A stretch of 64,000 bases of DNA from Candidatus Dojkabacteria bacterium. Lineage in GTDB: Bacteria; Patescibacteriota; Dojkabacteria; SC72. Below, piece after piece: positions 31,172 through 42,061 of the stretch. The first letter of the stretch is position 1. The number at the start of each line of letters is the position of its first letter. The position numbers were made by a program, and so were the translations under genes. The stretch covers positions 2,031-66,030 of the forward strand of contig JAXGOY010000003.1 in the NCBI GenBank assembly GCA_040767225.1, read 5' to 3'. A model generated the notes under the pieces. The model saw only the letters and a list, made by a program, of their open reading frames with translations. It was not told where the DNA came from and did no database searches.

Positions 31172-32392
31172 TTAATTGGGAATATACTTTACTTGGTATA
31201 CATGTCTTCCGCATTTAAGTATGGTGCTGCCACTACCTACTTGTATATTTTTGTTCCAATCTGTAATCTTTTCTCCATTTATAGTTACAGCATTCTGTTC
31301 AACAAGTCTTTTTGCTTGGGATTTACTATTTGCTATTTTACATTGAACAATTAAATCTAAAATATTTATATTGCTTTGTCTAACTGTTTTAACAGGAATG
31401 TCTGTATTTAGATTTTTCTTTTGAAAGACATTTTCAAAGTATTTTTGTGCATTTTCAGCTTCCTGCTCTCCTTTAATATCTTTTGTTATTTCAAATGCGA
31501 GAAGTTTTTTAAGTATCATTGGATTTTCTCCTTTTTTAAGTCTTTCTTTTATTTCTTCTACTTGTTTTAATTCATATTTAGTTAATATTTCAAAGCCAAT
31601 TGGTATTAATTTGTCATCAAATGCCATAACCTTGCCAAAGATATTGTTTGCACTATCACTTAACTCAATCATATTCCCAGAGGTTTTACCCATTTTTGTT
31701 CCGTCATTTGCTTCTAGTAATTTCATAGCAACAACGAATTTTTCTTTATTTAATCTATTCATAACTAAATCTCTTCCTGCAAGCATGTTAAAGAGCTGAT
31801 CATTTCCTCCAACCTCCACATCTATATTTAATGCAACACTATCATATCCCTGCATAAGGGGGTATAGGAACTCATGAAGATATATTGGTTTATCACTCTT
31901 AAGTCTTTCTTGAAACATACTTCTTTTTAGCATCTGCTGAACTGTAAATACTGATGCCAGTTCTATTATTTCTCCAAAATTAAGGGGCTCAAGCCATTTA
32001 CTGTTGTATACCACTTTAACAGGATTTTCTTTATTAGAGATATCAATATAATGGGAGGCTTGTTCAATATACAGCCTCATGTTTTCTTCAACCTGCTGTT
32101 TTGTAAGTTTCTTTCTTGCTGACATTTTGTCAGAAGGGTCCCCTATTCTTGCAGTAAAGTCTCCTATTACAAAATATACTTGATGTCCTAGCTTTCTAAA
32201 ATCTTCTAGTTTTCTCATTCCTACTGTGTGCCCAATGTGCAGTGTAGGTGCAGTAGGATCAAAGCCTTGATATATATTTAAACATTTACCGCTTAGAAGT
32301 AAATTTTTAAGTTCTTCTTTTGAAGGTAATATGTTTTCTACTCCTTTATTGAGGATTCTATCTATTATTTTTTCATCAGTTGATATTTTCAT
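31172..32392 (-). CDS. tyrS: Tyrosine--tRNA ligase
   Basis: GFDPTAPTLHIGH, YPLMQGYD, GGNDQ, KMGKT, C-terminal S4 domain. Confidence 0.97.
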   Translation of the reverse strand: MKISTDEKIIDRILNKGVENILPSKEELKNLLLSGKCLNIYQGFDPTAPTLHIGHTVGMRKLEDFRKLGHQVYFVIGDFTARIGDPSDKMSARKKLTKQQVEENMRLYIEQASHYIDISNKENPVKVVYNSKWLEPLNFGEIIELASVFTVQQMLKRSMFQERLKSDKPIYLHEFLYPLMQGYDSVALNIDVEVGGNDQLFNMLAGRDLVMNRLNKEKFVVAMKLLEANDGTKMGKTSGNMIELSDSANNIFGKVMAFDDKLIPIGFEILTKYELKQVEEIKERLKKGENPMILKKLLAFEITKDIKGEQEAENAQKYFENVFQKKNLNTDIPVKTVRQSNINILDLIVQCKIANSKSQAKRLVEQNAVTINGEKITDWNKNIQVGSGSTILKCGRHVYQVKYIPN

Positions 32393-32445
32393 TCTGTCTG
32401 TATTATATCTTTTAGAATACATTTTTACAAAATATTTTTATATTC

Positions 32446-33657
32446 TTAATCTTTTACATACTTCTTTCCTGCAAGTTTGTCAGGTAGACATTGCTGATTA
32501 GATTTTTTGTTTTTTAAGTCATGATCATACTCATATCCTTTTCCATATCCGAGCTCTTTCATTAATTTGGTTGGAGCATTTCTAATATTCATTGGTACAG
32601 GAAGGTTTCCATACTTCTCAATATCTTCTTTTACACTTAATTCTGCTACATATGCACTGTTGTCCTTAGGAGCTTTAGATAAATATATTGCAAGCTGAAT
32701 TAGAAATACTTCACACTCAGGCATTCCTACTTTAGCACATGCTTCATATACACTATTTGCAAGTATTAATGCTTGTGGATCTGCATTTCCTATATCTTCA
32801 CTTGCAAACCTTATCATTCTTCTTGCAATGTATAGCGGGTCTTCTCCTGCACTAAGCATTCTTCCAACCCAGTACACCGCTGCATCAGGGTTGCTGGACC
32901 TCATTGATTTGTGTATTGCAGATATTATATTGTAATGTTCTTCTCCTTCTCTATCATAGTAAAGAGGTTTTTGGATAACTCTTTGAATTTCTTCTTCTGA
33001 AAGTATGTATTTATTCTTTTTATTCCCTGCATCTGAGAGTGTAATACTCATTTCTAATATATTTAAAGCAGATCTCATATCTCCATTTGCAAGTTCTGCG
33101 ATAAGGTCTATTACTTTTTTGCTTATTTTATACTTAGGATATTCTTTCTTTATTACTCTTTTTAGCAGAGTTGCTATATCTTCTTTTGTATGTTGATTAA
33201 AAACAAAGACCTTTGTTCTTGATAACAGTGGGCTAATTATTGTAAATGAAGGATTCTCTGTAGTTGCACCAATTAATGTAATTACTCCTTTTTCTACATA
33301 TGGGAGAAGAGTGTCCTGCTGTGCTTTATTCCATCTATGTATTTCATCTAGAAAAAGCATAGTCTTTCTGTTGTATTTTTGATTATTTAAAGCAATCTTT
33401 AATATCTTTCTTAATTCCTCTTTTCCGCTATTTACAGCCTGCATTTTGTAAAAATCATAGTACAGGTTAAGTGAAATTATGTATGCAAGAGTGGTTTTCC
33501 CTGTTCCTGGAGGTCCCCAGAATATCATTGAGGGAACATTTCCTGTTTCAAGGAATTTTCTAATTGGGCCATTAACCCCTACAAGATGCTGCTGACCTAT
33601 AAATTCATCTAAACTCTTAGGTCTGTATTTTGATGCAAGGGGCTCAAGTGTACTCAT
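32446..33657 (-). CDS. rarA: Replication-associated recombination protein A
   Basis: [38 protein letters not shown]. Confidence 0.95.
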   Translation of the reverse strand: MSTLEPLASKYRPKSLDEFIGQQHLVGVNGPIRKFLETGNVPSMIFWGPPGTGKTTLAYIISLNLYYDFYKMQAVNSGKEELRKILKIALNNQKYNRKTMLFLDEIHRWNKAQQDTLLPYVEKGVITLIGATTENPSFTIISPLLSRTKVFVFNQHTKEDIATLLKRVIKKEYPKYKISKKVIDLIAELANGDMRSALNILEMSITLSDAGNKKNKYILSEEEIQRVIQKPLYYDREGEEHYNIISAIHKSMRSSNPDAAVYWVGRMLSAGEDPLYIARRMIRFASEDIGNADPQALILANSVYEACAKVGMPECEVFLIQLAIYLSKAPKDNSAYVAELSVKEDIEKYGNLPVPMNIRNAPTKLMKELGYGKGYEYDHDLKNKKSNQQCLPDKLAGKKYVKD

Positions 33658-33705
33658 ACACAATTATATCTCATTTTGGAAATCTATTGCTGTTCTTTAA
33701 TGCAA

Positions 33706-34233
33706 TTAGAATATGTATTCATACATCTGTCTTTCCCCTACTTTTATACTCTTTCCCTTTTTATTTGGCAGTTTATACCTAAATGTATATACTCTGCTTC
33801 CTTTCTTTAACTCTTTGCTAAATTTTTCTTCTAATGGTTTAAGTATATCCTCTGGGAGATTGCAGTAGATCACATTATATTCTTTAAGGTTAACTTTAAA
33901 AAAGTCTTCTTCAAAGAATTGGATTTTTTTATTAAATGGTGCAAGTAGTGCTTTAGAAAGTTTTATATATATGAGCTGAACAGGACTAAACTCATACCCA
34001 TGAGAGATGCATTTGTATGTTCTGTAAACTTCCCACACCACTCTGCCATCTCCACAGCCTAAATCTGCGAATTTCTCATTTTCTTTTAAGTTGAATCTAC
34101 TTACTATTTCTTTTAAAAATTTCCTAGGGGTTGAGTAATATGGTGAAAAGAAGTTTAAAACCATTGATACAATATATGAGAGAAGTGCTAATACAATGAG
34201 AATATTAATTGCAAGTGCTAAACCGTTTGGCAT
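33706..34233 (-). CDS. Class I SAM-dependent methyltransferase with N-terminal TM
   Basis: PYYSTP, DLGCGDGRV, ELKKGSRV. Confidence 0.85.
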   Translation of the reverse strand: MPNGLALAINILIVLALLSYIVSMVLNFFSPYYSTPRKFLKEIVSRFNLKENEKFADLGCGDGRVVWEVYRTYKCISHGYEFSPVQLIYIKLSKALLAPFNKKIQFFEEDFFKVNLKEYNVIYCNLPEDILKPLEEKFSKELKKGSRVYTFRYKLPNKKGKSIKVGERQMYEYIF

Positions 34234-34269
34234 ATGAGATAATTATATATTATTTATTATAATATATAC

Positions 34270-34959
34270 ATGATAGATGGAATACTGCAAGTAGACAAGG
34301 AGGAGGGAATAACATCATATGATGTTATAAGGAGATTAAAAGGTATTTTAGGTAAGGAGCAAAAAATTGGGCATGCAGGAACACTTGATCCATTAGCAAC
34401 TGGTCTTCTTCTCATACTTCTTGGTAGAGCTACTAAAATGGAAAGAACTATTCACTCATACGAGAAGGTATATGACGTTGAAGGCGTATTGGGCTATAGT
34501 ACAGACACTCAGGATATACAAGGGAGTGTAATTAAAAAAGATAAAAGAGCAGTACAACCAAGTAAAGAAGATATTGAGAAAGTTATTGATACATACTTCT
34601 TAGGTCAAATATTGCAAACGCCACCTAAATATTCAGCAAAAAAAGTTGGTGGAAGAAAGGCATATGAGTTAGCAAGAAAGGGACAAAGTTTTTCTTTAAA
34701 ACCTGTTAGTATATATATTTCTCAATTTGAAATAGTTGAGTATAAATACCCCATTATTAAATGTAGGATAAAATGTTCATCTGGAACATATATTAGAACA
34801 GTTATTAATGACCTAGGAGAGAAACTTGGGAGTTATGCAACAGTAAGGAAGATAAGGAGGGTATCTATTGGGGATTTTAATGTCTCAGAAGCAATTCCTT
34901 CTTCACAACTTACATTAGAGAATAAAGAGAATATTTTAAGAAGAGTAATTAATATTTAA
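34270..34959 (+). CDS. truB: tRNA pseudouridine(55) synthase
   Basis: [28 protein letters not shown]. Confidence 0.96.
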   Translation: MIDGILQVDKEEGITSYDVIRRLKGILGKEQKIGHAGTLDPLATGLLLILLGRATKMERTIHSYEKVYDVEGVLGYSTDTQDIQGSVIKKDKRAVQPSKEDIEKVIDTYFLGQILQTPPKYSAKKVGGRKAYELARKGQSFSLKPVSIYISQFEIVEYKYPIIKCRIKCSSGTYIRTVINDLGEKLGSYATVRKIRRVSIGDFNVSEAIPSSQLTLENKENILRRVINI

Positions 34960-34969
34960 GGAAGTTAAT

Positions 34970-35668
34970 ATGGAAAAAGGTAAACTATATATTGTTTCTA
35001 CACCCATAGGGAACTTGGGAGATATCACATACAGAGCTGTTGAAGTTTTAAAATCTGTACCTTTTGTTTTAGCAGAGGACACAAGAGAAAGTTTTAAACT
35101 ATTTAAAAGATATGGAATAACTACTCCATTAATATCATACAGAGACCAGAATCATGAAAGAATATTTGGTAAGATTCAGGAGAAATTAGATTTAGGGTTA
35201 GATTTAGCCCTTATATCTGATAGTGGTACTCCACTGATAAGTGATCCAGGTTTTAAATTAGTTAGGCAGTTAAGAGAGTTAGGATACCCAATAGAGAGTA
35301 TTCCAGGTCCTAGTGCGTTAATATCTGCACTATCTATTAGCGGCTTGCCAACTGATAAATTTGTATTTCTTGGTTTTCTTCCAAAGTCATTAACAAAGAG
35401 AAAAAACATTTTAGAAAAATATCTTTCATTAGGCATTACAGTAATAATTTATGAATCACCTAATAGGATACTATCACTTCTTGAGACAATTAGTTTGTGT
35501 TGTGAAAATAATCGTACAGTACTCACAAAAGATATTACAAAGTTAAGAGAAGAAGTTTTGTCAGGAACATCACGCGAGCTTTTAATTGAGCTTAATAAAA
35601 GAGAATTTGATAAGCATCCTCATGGAGAGTTTGTACTAATTACTTATCCTGTTTTGAAAAAAGAGTAA
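34970..35668 (+). CDS. rsmI: 16S rRNA C1402 2'-O-methyltransferase
   Basis: STPIGNLGDI, AEDTR, SDSGTPLISDPG, YESPNR. Confidence 0.96.
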   Translation: MEKGKLYIVSTPIGNLGDITYRAVEVLKSVPFVLAEDTRESFKLFKRYGITTPLISYRDQNHERIFGKIQEKLDLGLDLALISDSGTPLISDPGFKLVRQLRELGYPIESIPGPSALISALSISGLPTDKFVFLGFLPKSLTKRKNILEKYLSLGITVIIYESPNRILSLLETISLCCENNRTVLTKDITKLREEVLSGTSRELLIELNKREFDKHPHGEFVLITYPVLKKE

Positions 35669-36542
35669 AATAATTATTATCTGTTATTTCTTCTATTCTT
35701 TTGTATTCAATATTCTTAACTTCACATGCTTTCTCTATAATTTCTTTAATTAAAGCAGGTCTCCCATATTTTTTAATAGAGTTTTTCTTTTTTCTTACAC
35801 TTTGAGTAGGAAGAAAAGGACCGTCAGTTTCAAAAAGTACTCTTTCAACTGGTACTTCTTTAAGTATTTCTCTTACATTCTCACCACTTGGATATGTAAT
35901 TATTGCATTAAAACCAACATACATGCCTAAGCTAAGAATTTTATCAAGCATTTTAATATCACCTGTATAGCTATGAAAAGAACCTTTAATTGTTCCTCTC
36001 CCTTCTTTTGCAATTATTGCAAGTACATCTTTAACACAATTACTACTTCCATCTATGTCTCTTGCATGAATACTCATTGGGAGATTATATTTAACAGCTA
36101 ATTTGCATAATTTAGAAAATAATAACCTTTGTGCTTCTTTTATCTGTTCTTTTTTCTCTTTGGTAAAATTAGAATATTGATTCATACTAAAGTAATCCAA
36201 TCCACACTCCCCTATTGCAGTTACATCTTTAATATTTTTGTTTAACACTTCCTCAAATATTTCATACTGTTTTTTCATATACTGAAAGATATCTACACTG
36301 TCTAACTCATTTTTTGATATTCCCTCTTCTATTCTTGTAGGATGTATTCCTAAGGCTAAATCAATGGTGTCTGGGAATTTACTGTTTAGGTGTTTATACA
36401 TATCAATGGTGTCTTGATAATTTGTCATATCTGTTGTTTGTGCAAGTATCTTCTTTCCGCCAAGTTCAATAAACTCTTGTATGTCCTCTTGTATATTCTC
36501 TTTTAATGGACTCATTGATATATGAATATGTGAATCATGCAT
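35640..36542 (-). CDS. tatD: TatD family DNase
   Basis: DSHIH, GIHP, IGECGLDY, IHAR, HSY, ETDGPF. Confidence 0.93.
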   Translation of the reverse strand: MHDSHIHISMSPLKENIQEDIQEFIELGGKKILAQTTDMTNYQDTIDMYKHLNSKFPDTIDLALGIHPTRIEEGISKNELDSVDIFQYMKKQYEIFEEVLNKNIKDVTAIGECGLDYFSMNQYSNFTKEKKEQIKEAQRLLFSKLCKLAVKYNLPMSIHARDIDGSSNCVKDVLAIIAKEGRGTIKGSFHSYTGDIKMLDKILSLGMYVGFNAIITYPSGENVREILKEVPVERVLFETDGPFLPTQSVRKKKNSIKKYGRPALIKEIIEKACEVKNIEYKRIEEITDNNYFTLFSKQDK

Positions 36543-36611
36543 GAGAGTATTTTAGCACAACAGAGAGGAATTGTGCTTTCAGTTTTGAAATGTGATAAAA
36601 TATCGGCTGCA

Positions 36612-37295
36612 ATGAAAAATGGTCGGTTGTATATTAACTGGTTGGTGGTTATTACTTTGTTTCTCTTTATTACCTCTTTAGGGGTTTTCTTAATGTATAT
36701 ACAGAAAAATCTTGTTTCTGATCAATGTGCATATGGACAGGATATGGGGGAGAATTGTGTATGTAGTAGCGATGGTGTAAAAGTGTGTGATGGAGAGTTG
36801 CCAGTGAAAGATAGGAGTGTTAGTGAGTTTACTTCAAATGGTTTAACATATTCTGTTAATTTTTTAAATCTAGTTAGTTTAAATAATCCTCCTAAACACA
36901 GTGTTGAGTTTACAGACATATTGCAAAGTGGGAATATGCTTAGGGTTGTTGTCGACCTAAATAGTATGTGTAATTCTAATAATAGGGTAGCTCCTCAGAT
37001 TGGATTTTACAAATTGGATAATGAAAGACTAATTCTTACAGTAATTAGTAATTTAACTGATCCTTCCTTTGATTTACAATGCAGGTCTGAGAATATATTT
37101 TTAATTGAGAGTTTTGATTTAAATTCTAAAGAAACATTTAAATTACAGTTTCAGGATGAATCAGGAAATATTTATCAAGCATCGACATGTATATATCAGG
37201 GGTATATAAGGAATGATGGTGATGTATATGTTTCAAAAGACAGTCAAATGCTGTGCCGTTGTAATAATGGAGTAAATAGTTGTGAAAAAAGATAA
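36612..37295 (+). CDS. Membrane-anchored cysteine-rich hypothetical protein
   Basis: N-terminal TM; Cys clusters at both ends of the ectodomain; TGATAAAAT upstream. Confidence 0.7.
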   Translation: MKNGRLYINWLVVITLFLFITSLGVFLMYIQKNLVSDQCAYGQDMGENCVCSSDGVKVCDGELPVKDRSVSEFTSNGLTYSVNFLNLVSLNNPPKHSVEFTDILQSGNMLRVVVDLNSMCNSNNRVAPQIGFYKLDNERLILTVISNLTDPSFDLQCRSENIFLIESFDLNSKETFKLQFQDESGNIYQASTCIYQGYIRNDGDVYVSKDSQMLCRCNNGVNSCEKR

Positions 37296-37298
37296 CTA

Positions 37299-38327
37299 TT
37301 AAAGCACTCCTATATATATTCCTAATATACAGCCAAATAATGTAAACAGCCAAAATCTCATTGTTATTTTATACTGTGGCCATCCCATTGCTTGAAAATG
37401 ATGATGTATTGGTGCTATCTTAAACACTTTTTTATGAAAGAACTTTATACTTATCATTTGTATTGCACTTGATAGCATTATTATCCATGTTACAAAGGAC
37501 ATTAAAAAGTATGGAATAATATTTCCTGTTGTTAATCCAATGAAAAACATAGCAAAGGAAATTGGCATTGCACCAGGTCCTCCATTCCAGAATCTTGCAG
37601 GAGGGATATTAAAGTAAAGGTCTACTATGAGTACCCCTAATGTTATTGCTAGAAATGGCAGATAATCGTATTGTTGTTGTACTGTTAGTAAGAAAAACAT
37701 TGCAGTTGTAATTATTATAAAGATACCAACCATTAAACCATCAAGTCCATCAGTTAGCTCTCCTGAATATATTGCAAACTGACCAATGATTGCTAGAAGA
37801 ATTAAGATTGCTGGTGTTATTGATATTGCTATTGTGTTTGTAAGAGAAAGGGTATCAAATGTACCTGTTTTGTATAGCATATACATTATTCCGATGTTTA
37901 GAATTATGGCAATCACTAATTTAATGAGTCTCCATTCAAATGTCTCTTGTAATGCTCTGAACTTCTCGTTATTCTTAAGCCCATTTGTAAAAACAGCCAC
38001 ATCAATAAATCCCCAAAGGCCAAAAAGTAGAAAGCCAGCTAAAAGTGCATTTAGTTGAGAAAATTGTGGTGCAAATATATATGTTACTAATGGGACAATT
38101 AACCAGATGAGGACACCTCCCATATTAGGAGTTCCATTAGTTTTTGCTGTTCTCATTATTCTCATGAAGACAGAATTAGTCCCTTGCTCAGATGCAAGCT
38201 TTGTCTTTTTTATCTCGCTAACCTGATTAAATCTGTACAGAATATTAATCATTATTGGGGCAAAGAGCATAGAAATTGCAGTTGATATGAAAAGGTACTG
38301 CAAGCTTTCTTTAAGTATGTCTGTCAT
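37299..38327 (-). CDS. mraY: MraY-family membrane protein with atypical active site
   Basis: GTPNMGG, TDGLDGL, FN.PPA, APIHHHF, RFW; directly after ftsI. Confidence 0.88.
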   Translation of the reverse strand: MTDILKESLQYLFISTAISMLFAPIMINILYRFNQVSEIKKTKLASEQGTNSVFMRIMRTAKTNGTPNMGGVLIWLIVPLVTYIFAPQFSQLNALLAGFLLFGLWGFIDVAVFTNGLKNNEKFRALQETFEWRLIKLVIAIILNIGIMYMLYKTGTFDTLSLTNTIAISITPAILILLAIIGQFAIYSGELTDGLDGLMVGIFIIITTAMFFLLTVQQQYDYLPFLAITLGVLIVDLYFNIPPARFWNGGPGAMPISFAMFFIGLTTGNIIPYFLMSFVTWIIMLSSAIQMISIKFFHKKVFKIAPIHHHFQAMGWPQYKITMRFWLFTLFGCILGIYIGVL

Positions 38328-38368
38328 ATCTGTAAGTGTTAAATTAAATTACTGTACTTAGTATTATC

Positions 38369-40210
38369 TCAATTTCTTTTTGGTATTTCCAGGTCATTTG
38401 CAATACTTAAGAATATATCTGTCCATAATGGTACAACTGTTGCTGCTGCAAGCTCATCTGTTTGCGGATGTTCAAGTCTTACAAGCATTATCATCTTTGC
38501 ATCATCTGCAGGAGTAAAGCCAATGAATGTTGTTATTGTTTTATCTTCTTCATATCCTCCTTCTTTTTTTGCAACTTCCGCAGTACCTGTTTTTCCAGCA
38601 ATATAGTAGTTTTTTAGTTTTTTTACATATGTAGGACTTATTCCTCCATCTTCAATTACATGTGTCATCATTTCTGTTACTGCTTGCGCTGTTTGTTCTG
38701 ATATGGGTTGTGAAAGTATCTGAGGCTCGTACATTATTTCTTCTTCATCATTTGAGATTTTAGAAATAATATATGGTCTCATTCTTACACCTTTGTTTGC
38801 TATTGTGCTTATTGCTGAAAGAACTTGGAGTGGTGTTGCAGAAATACCTTGCCCATATGATGCTGTAATAATATCAAGTCTTGTCCACTCATTAAATGGT
38901 TTTAAATAACTATTACTCTCTTCTTGAAGGCCAATTCCTATAAAACTGCCGATTCCAAACTCTTTTAATTTGTCATAAAAATATTGAGGTTTTATCTCTA
39001 ATGCAACTCTTGCAATACACGGATTGTTTGAATTCTTTAAAATATCAGCAAGAGATTGTTTCCCACCTGGTCTTCTATTCCATGTGTATATCTTTCTTCC
39101 CTTTAAGTCCGCATATTTAGTAACTTCATATAAATCTAAGTATCCTGTTGGGTCGTTGCATTTGTAATCTTTATCAATAGAGTTTGATTCTAGTGCAATT
39201 GAAATTGTAATTGGTTTTTGAACAGAGCCGTATTCATATACATCTGCAACAGCCAAGTTTTTAAAAACCCAAGGGTCTGATACCCTCCAGTACTCATTTG
39301 GGTTGTATGTAGGATAATTTGCCATTGAAATAATTTTACCTGTCTTAGGGTCCATTATTATTGCTGTACCACTTCTAGAACCTGTTTTTTCAACATGAGT
39401 TTTAAGTATACTTTCAACTTTATTTTGTATTGAAGGGACAATTGTAAGTGTAAAATCTTTTCCAGATCTAGGGAGAATAGGTTCATATTCTGCTGTTAGT
39501 ATTGTATTTCCTAGTGAATCTTTTTCTTCATATGTATGTCCTTCTTTTCCAGTGATATCTCCAAAATAGAAACCTTCAATTCCATACTGTCCAACATCCT
39601 TTCCTTCACTGTTTTTCCCAATAAAGCCGATTACATGAGATGCTAACTCCCCATTTGGATAAACTCTTTTTAATGCTCTTTCAAAGTACAGTCCAAAACC
39701 AGCTCTATTTACCTTTTCATCACCAAATATGTTTGCACTTTCTAATGCAATTTTTGTTTCATTACTTACTTCCTTTGCAAGATTTACATATACAAAATCA
39801 TCTGTTAATTTCTCTTTTATTGTATCAGTTTCAACAGCTAGAATGGAGGCAACAGTAGAAACAAAAAGATCTTTTTTACTAAAAAACAATTCTCTTTCTC
39901 TTTCATCTGTACTTAGTGAAGCATATACATTCCAAGCAGGCTGGTCTACTGCAAGTATTGTTCCATCTTCTGCTAAAACTCTTCCTCTTTGAGCTGTCTG
40001 CTTTCCAGTATTTGTATACTGTTGTTGTGCAATGTTGGCAAACTTATCTGATTCAAGTACCTGCCATCTAAATGCTTGTATTAAGATTATTACTCCAAAT
40101 ATAGTTAAGAGTATGGCTACCAGTTTGTAGTTATTTCTTTGAACTAATGCTCCTGTTTCAGAGCTGTTTTTTTTGTATTTTGGTGAATGTAAATGACTTA
40201 AACTTGTCAT
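38369..40210 (-). CDS. ftsI: Class B PBP (FtsI/PBP2 family transpeptidase)
   Basis: RG dimerisation motif, SVQK, SNN, KTGT; dcw position. Confidence 0.9.
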   Translation of the reverse strand: MTSLSHLHSPKYKKNSSETGALVQRNNYKLVAILLTIFGVIILIQAFRWQVLESDKFANIAQQQYTNTGKQTAQRGRVLAEDGTILAVDQPAWNVYASLSTDERERELFFSKKDLFVSTVASILAVETDTIKEKLTDDFVYVNLAKEVSNETKIALESANIFGDEKVNRAGFGLYFERALKRVYPNGELASHVIGFIGKNSEGKDVGQYGIEGFYFGDITGKEGHTYEEKDSLGNTILTAEYEPILPRSGKDFTLTIVPSIQNKVESILKTHVEKTGSRSGTAIIMDPKTGKIISMANYPTYNPNEYWRVSDPWVFKNLAVADVYEYGSVQKPITISIALESNSIDKDYKCNDPTGYLDLYEVTKYADLKGRKIYTWNRRPGGKQSLADILKNSNNPCIARVALEIKPQYFYDKLKEFGIGSFIGIGLQEESNSYLKPFNEWTRLDIITASYGQGISATPLQVLSAISTIANKGVRMRPYIISKISNDEEEIMYEPQILSQPISEQTAQAVTEMMTHVIEDGGISPTYVKKLKNYYIAGKTGTAEVAKKEGGYEEDKTITTFIGFTPADDAKMIMLVRLEHPQTDELAAATVVPLWTDIFLSIANDLEIPKRN

Positions 40211-40512
40211 TAGTTATTAGCAACTAATCTAGAATCTTGAATGTAAAGAAAAGTTTGAGTTATATTTTTTGATAGTTCCAATTTTTTTTCAGAAAGATTC
40301 TCTATTACTTTAAGAGAGCTGTTTTTTGCAATTTCCTCTGATATTACTCTGTTCTCTTCTAGTAGATATTCTTTTTCATCATTTAGCTCTTCAAGTTTTA
40401 TTCCAAGTGGGGTGAGTATTGAATTAATAACAAGCTGTGATACAACAAAAAGTATAAAAGAGGCTATTAATAGCATCGAAAAAAGTGAGTTTTTTTTCTC
40501 AGTCTTTTTCAT
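40210..40512 (-). CDS. FtsL-like cell division protein
   Basis: TM plus coiled coil, between rsmH and ftsI. Confidence 0.65.
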   Translation of the reverse strand: MKKTEKKNSLFSMLLIASFILFVVSQLVINSILTPLGIKLEELNDEKEYLLEENRVISEEIAKNSSLKVIENLSEKKLELSKNITQTFLYIQDSRLVANN

Positions 40513-40531
40513 TTAGGCAGTTTTTAAATTT

Positions 40532-41419
40532 TTATATTTTTTCTATAGCTCTTAACTTAGCTGAAGCGGATCGGGGATTATCTCTTACCTCTTGGTCGGT
40601 TGGGGCAATGATTTCCTTTGTAAGAAGCATACCTTCTCCGCTTTCAACTAAATTGTTAAAGTAATTTTTAACTATTCTATCTTCAAGTGAATGGAAGGAT
40701 ATTACACATAACCTTCCCTTTTTGTTTAAGAGCTTAAAAGATTTGTCTATGCCTACCTTTAATGAGTTCATCTCATCATTTACCACAATTCGCAGAGCCT
40801 GAAAGACTCTGCGAGAAGGGTTCTTAGAACTTTGATGAGCTGCCGGCACAACTCTATAGACAAGTCTTGTAAGATCTCCAACAGTATTAATATTCGTGTT
40901 TTCTTTTTTAATTGCTTTTGCAATTTTTCTTGCATATTTTTCTTCTCCATACTTAAGAAATATCTCTGTAAGTTCATTCTCTGAAAGAGCAGTAAGCAGA
41001 TCTTTAGCAGTTACTCCAAGCTCTTCATCCATTCTCATATCAAGAGCTTCTTTGTCTTCTAGATAGCTAAAACCTCTATTATGTGAGTCTTCCAGCTGTC
41101 TTGAGCTAAGACCTAAATCCATTAGTATTCCATCTGGTCTACGATTGTACTGATTGGCTATCTTATCTATATTTGCGAAATTGTCCTTTACTATTATCCA
41201 ATTCCCCTTTATATCTTTCTTGTAATACTCTTTTACAAAATCAATTGCATATTTATCTTGGTCTATACTAATTAGCAATCCCTTTTTGTTTAGTCTTTTA
41301 AATATCTCAAAACTGTGTCCTCCATCTCCCAATGTGCAATCAATGTAAAAGCCGTCTGGTTTAATGTTTAGGTAATGTATTACTTCGCTGAGCAGTACTG
41401 GAGTGTGTAACTTCTTCAT
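40532..41419 (-). CDS. rsmH: 16S rRNA C1402 N4-methyltransferase
   Basis: HTPVLL, DCTLGDGGHS, LDMRM, FQALRIVVN, SFHSLEDR, NPRSASAKLR. Confidence 0.97.
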   Translation of the reverse strand: MKKLHTPVLLSEVIHYLNIKPDGFYIDCTLGDGGHSFEIFKRLNKKGLLISIDQDKYAIDFVKEYYKKDIKGNWIIVKDNFANIDKIANQYNRRPDGILMDLGLSSRQLEDSHNRGFSYLEDKEALDMRMDEELGVTAKDLLTALSENELTEIFLKYGEEKYARKIAKAIKKENTNINTVGDLTRLVYRVVPAAHQSSKNPSRRVFQALRIVVNDEMNSLKVGIDKSFKLLNKKGRLCVISFHSLEDRIVKNYFNNLVESGEGMLLTKEIIAPTDQEVRDNPRSASAKLRAIEKI

Positions 41420-41857
41420 TTAGTTACCCTCCTTCATTCTTTCTATCTCTTGAGCAATCTCTTCTCCATGTGTTTTAAGATACTCTACTCTTTTCTCCCA
41501 CCTTGATTTATCCCATATCTCTATCCAATTTATTAACCCAATGAAAACAATTTCATTACTAAGCTGTGCATGTTCAAAAAGAGATTGAGGTATTACAAAT
41601 CTTCCTAGTTTATCTAATGAGATTTCTGTAGCACTACCTATTAGGAATCTGCTTGTATCACGAATATTTTTATTTATAAAAGAGCCATTTATAACATCTT
41701 TTGCTATTTTCTCCCACATCTGTTTATTAACAAGTATTAAAGAATCTTCATATCCTCTTGTTAATATTATGTTTTCCCCTATTTCATCTCTAAATTTTTT
41801 AGGAAGTGATACTCTTTTCTTCTCCCCTATTTTGCTTGTGTATTCTCCAATTATCAT
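41420..41857 (-). CDS. mraZ: Division/cell wall cluster repressor MraZ
   Basis: GEY, LP.KFR, D.LGR..IP, EIWD; first gene of the operon. Confidence 0.95.
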   Translation of the reverse strand: MIIGEYTSKIGEKKRVSLPKKFRDEIGENIILTRGYEDSLILVNKQMWEKIAKDVINGSFINKNIRDTSRFLIGSATEISLDKLGRFVIPQSLFEHAQLSNEIVFIGLINWIEIWDKSRWEKRVEYLKTHGEEIAQEIERMKEGN

Positions 41858-41869
41858 ATTTCAAATATA

Positions 41870-41894
41870 CCACTTTTTACCACTTCTTGCCACT
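41870..41894 (-). promoter_or_regulatory. MraZ-binding direct repeats
   Basis: AGTGG-caaga-AGTGG-taaaa-AGTGG at 10-nt period just upstream of mraZ. Confidence 0.85.
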
Positions 41895-42061
41895 AATGTA
41901 GCATTGAATATTAATAGTAGTCAAGAGAATAATACTACAAGACATATGTTATTAAGAATTTGCTTTAAAATAATGAAGAAAAAACAGAGGAAGTAAATCA
42001 AAGATGGCTGATAGTAAAAGATAAAGGTAACAAAAGAGATAGATATATAGTAAAATGAAGT

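Noticed and set aside
36361-36414. 12-bp direct repeat TCAATGGTGTCT inside tatD
   Set aside because: Only two copies, coding for a repeated DTID peptide; no sign of function
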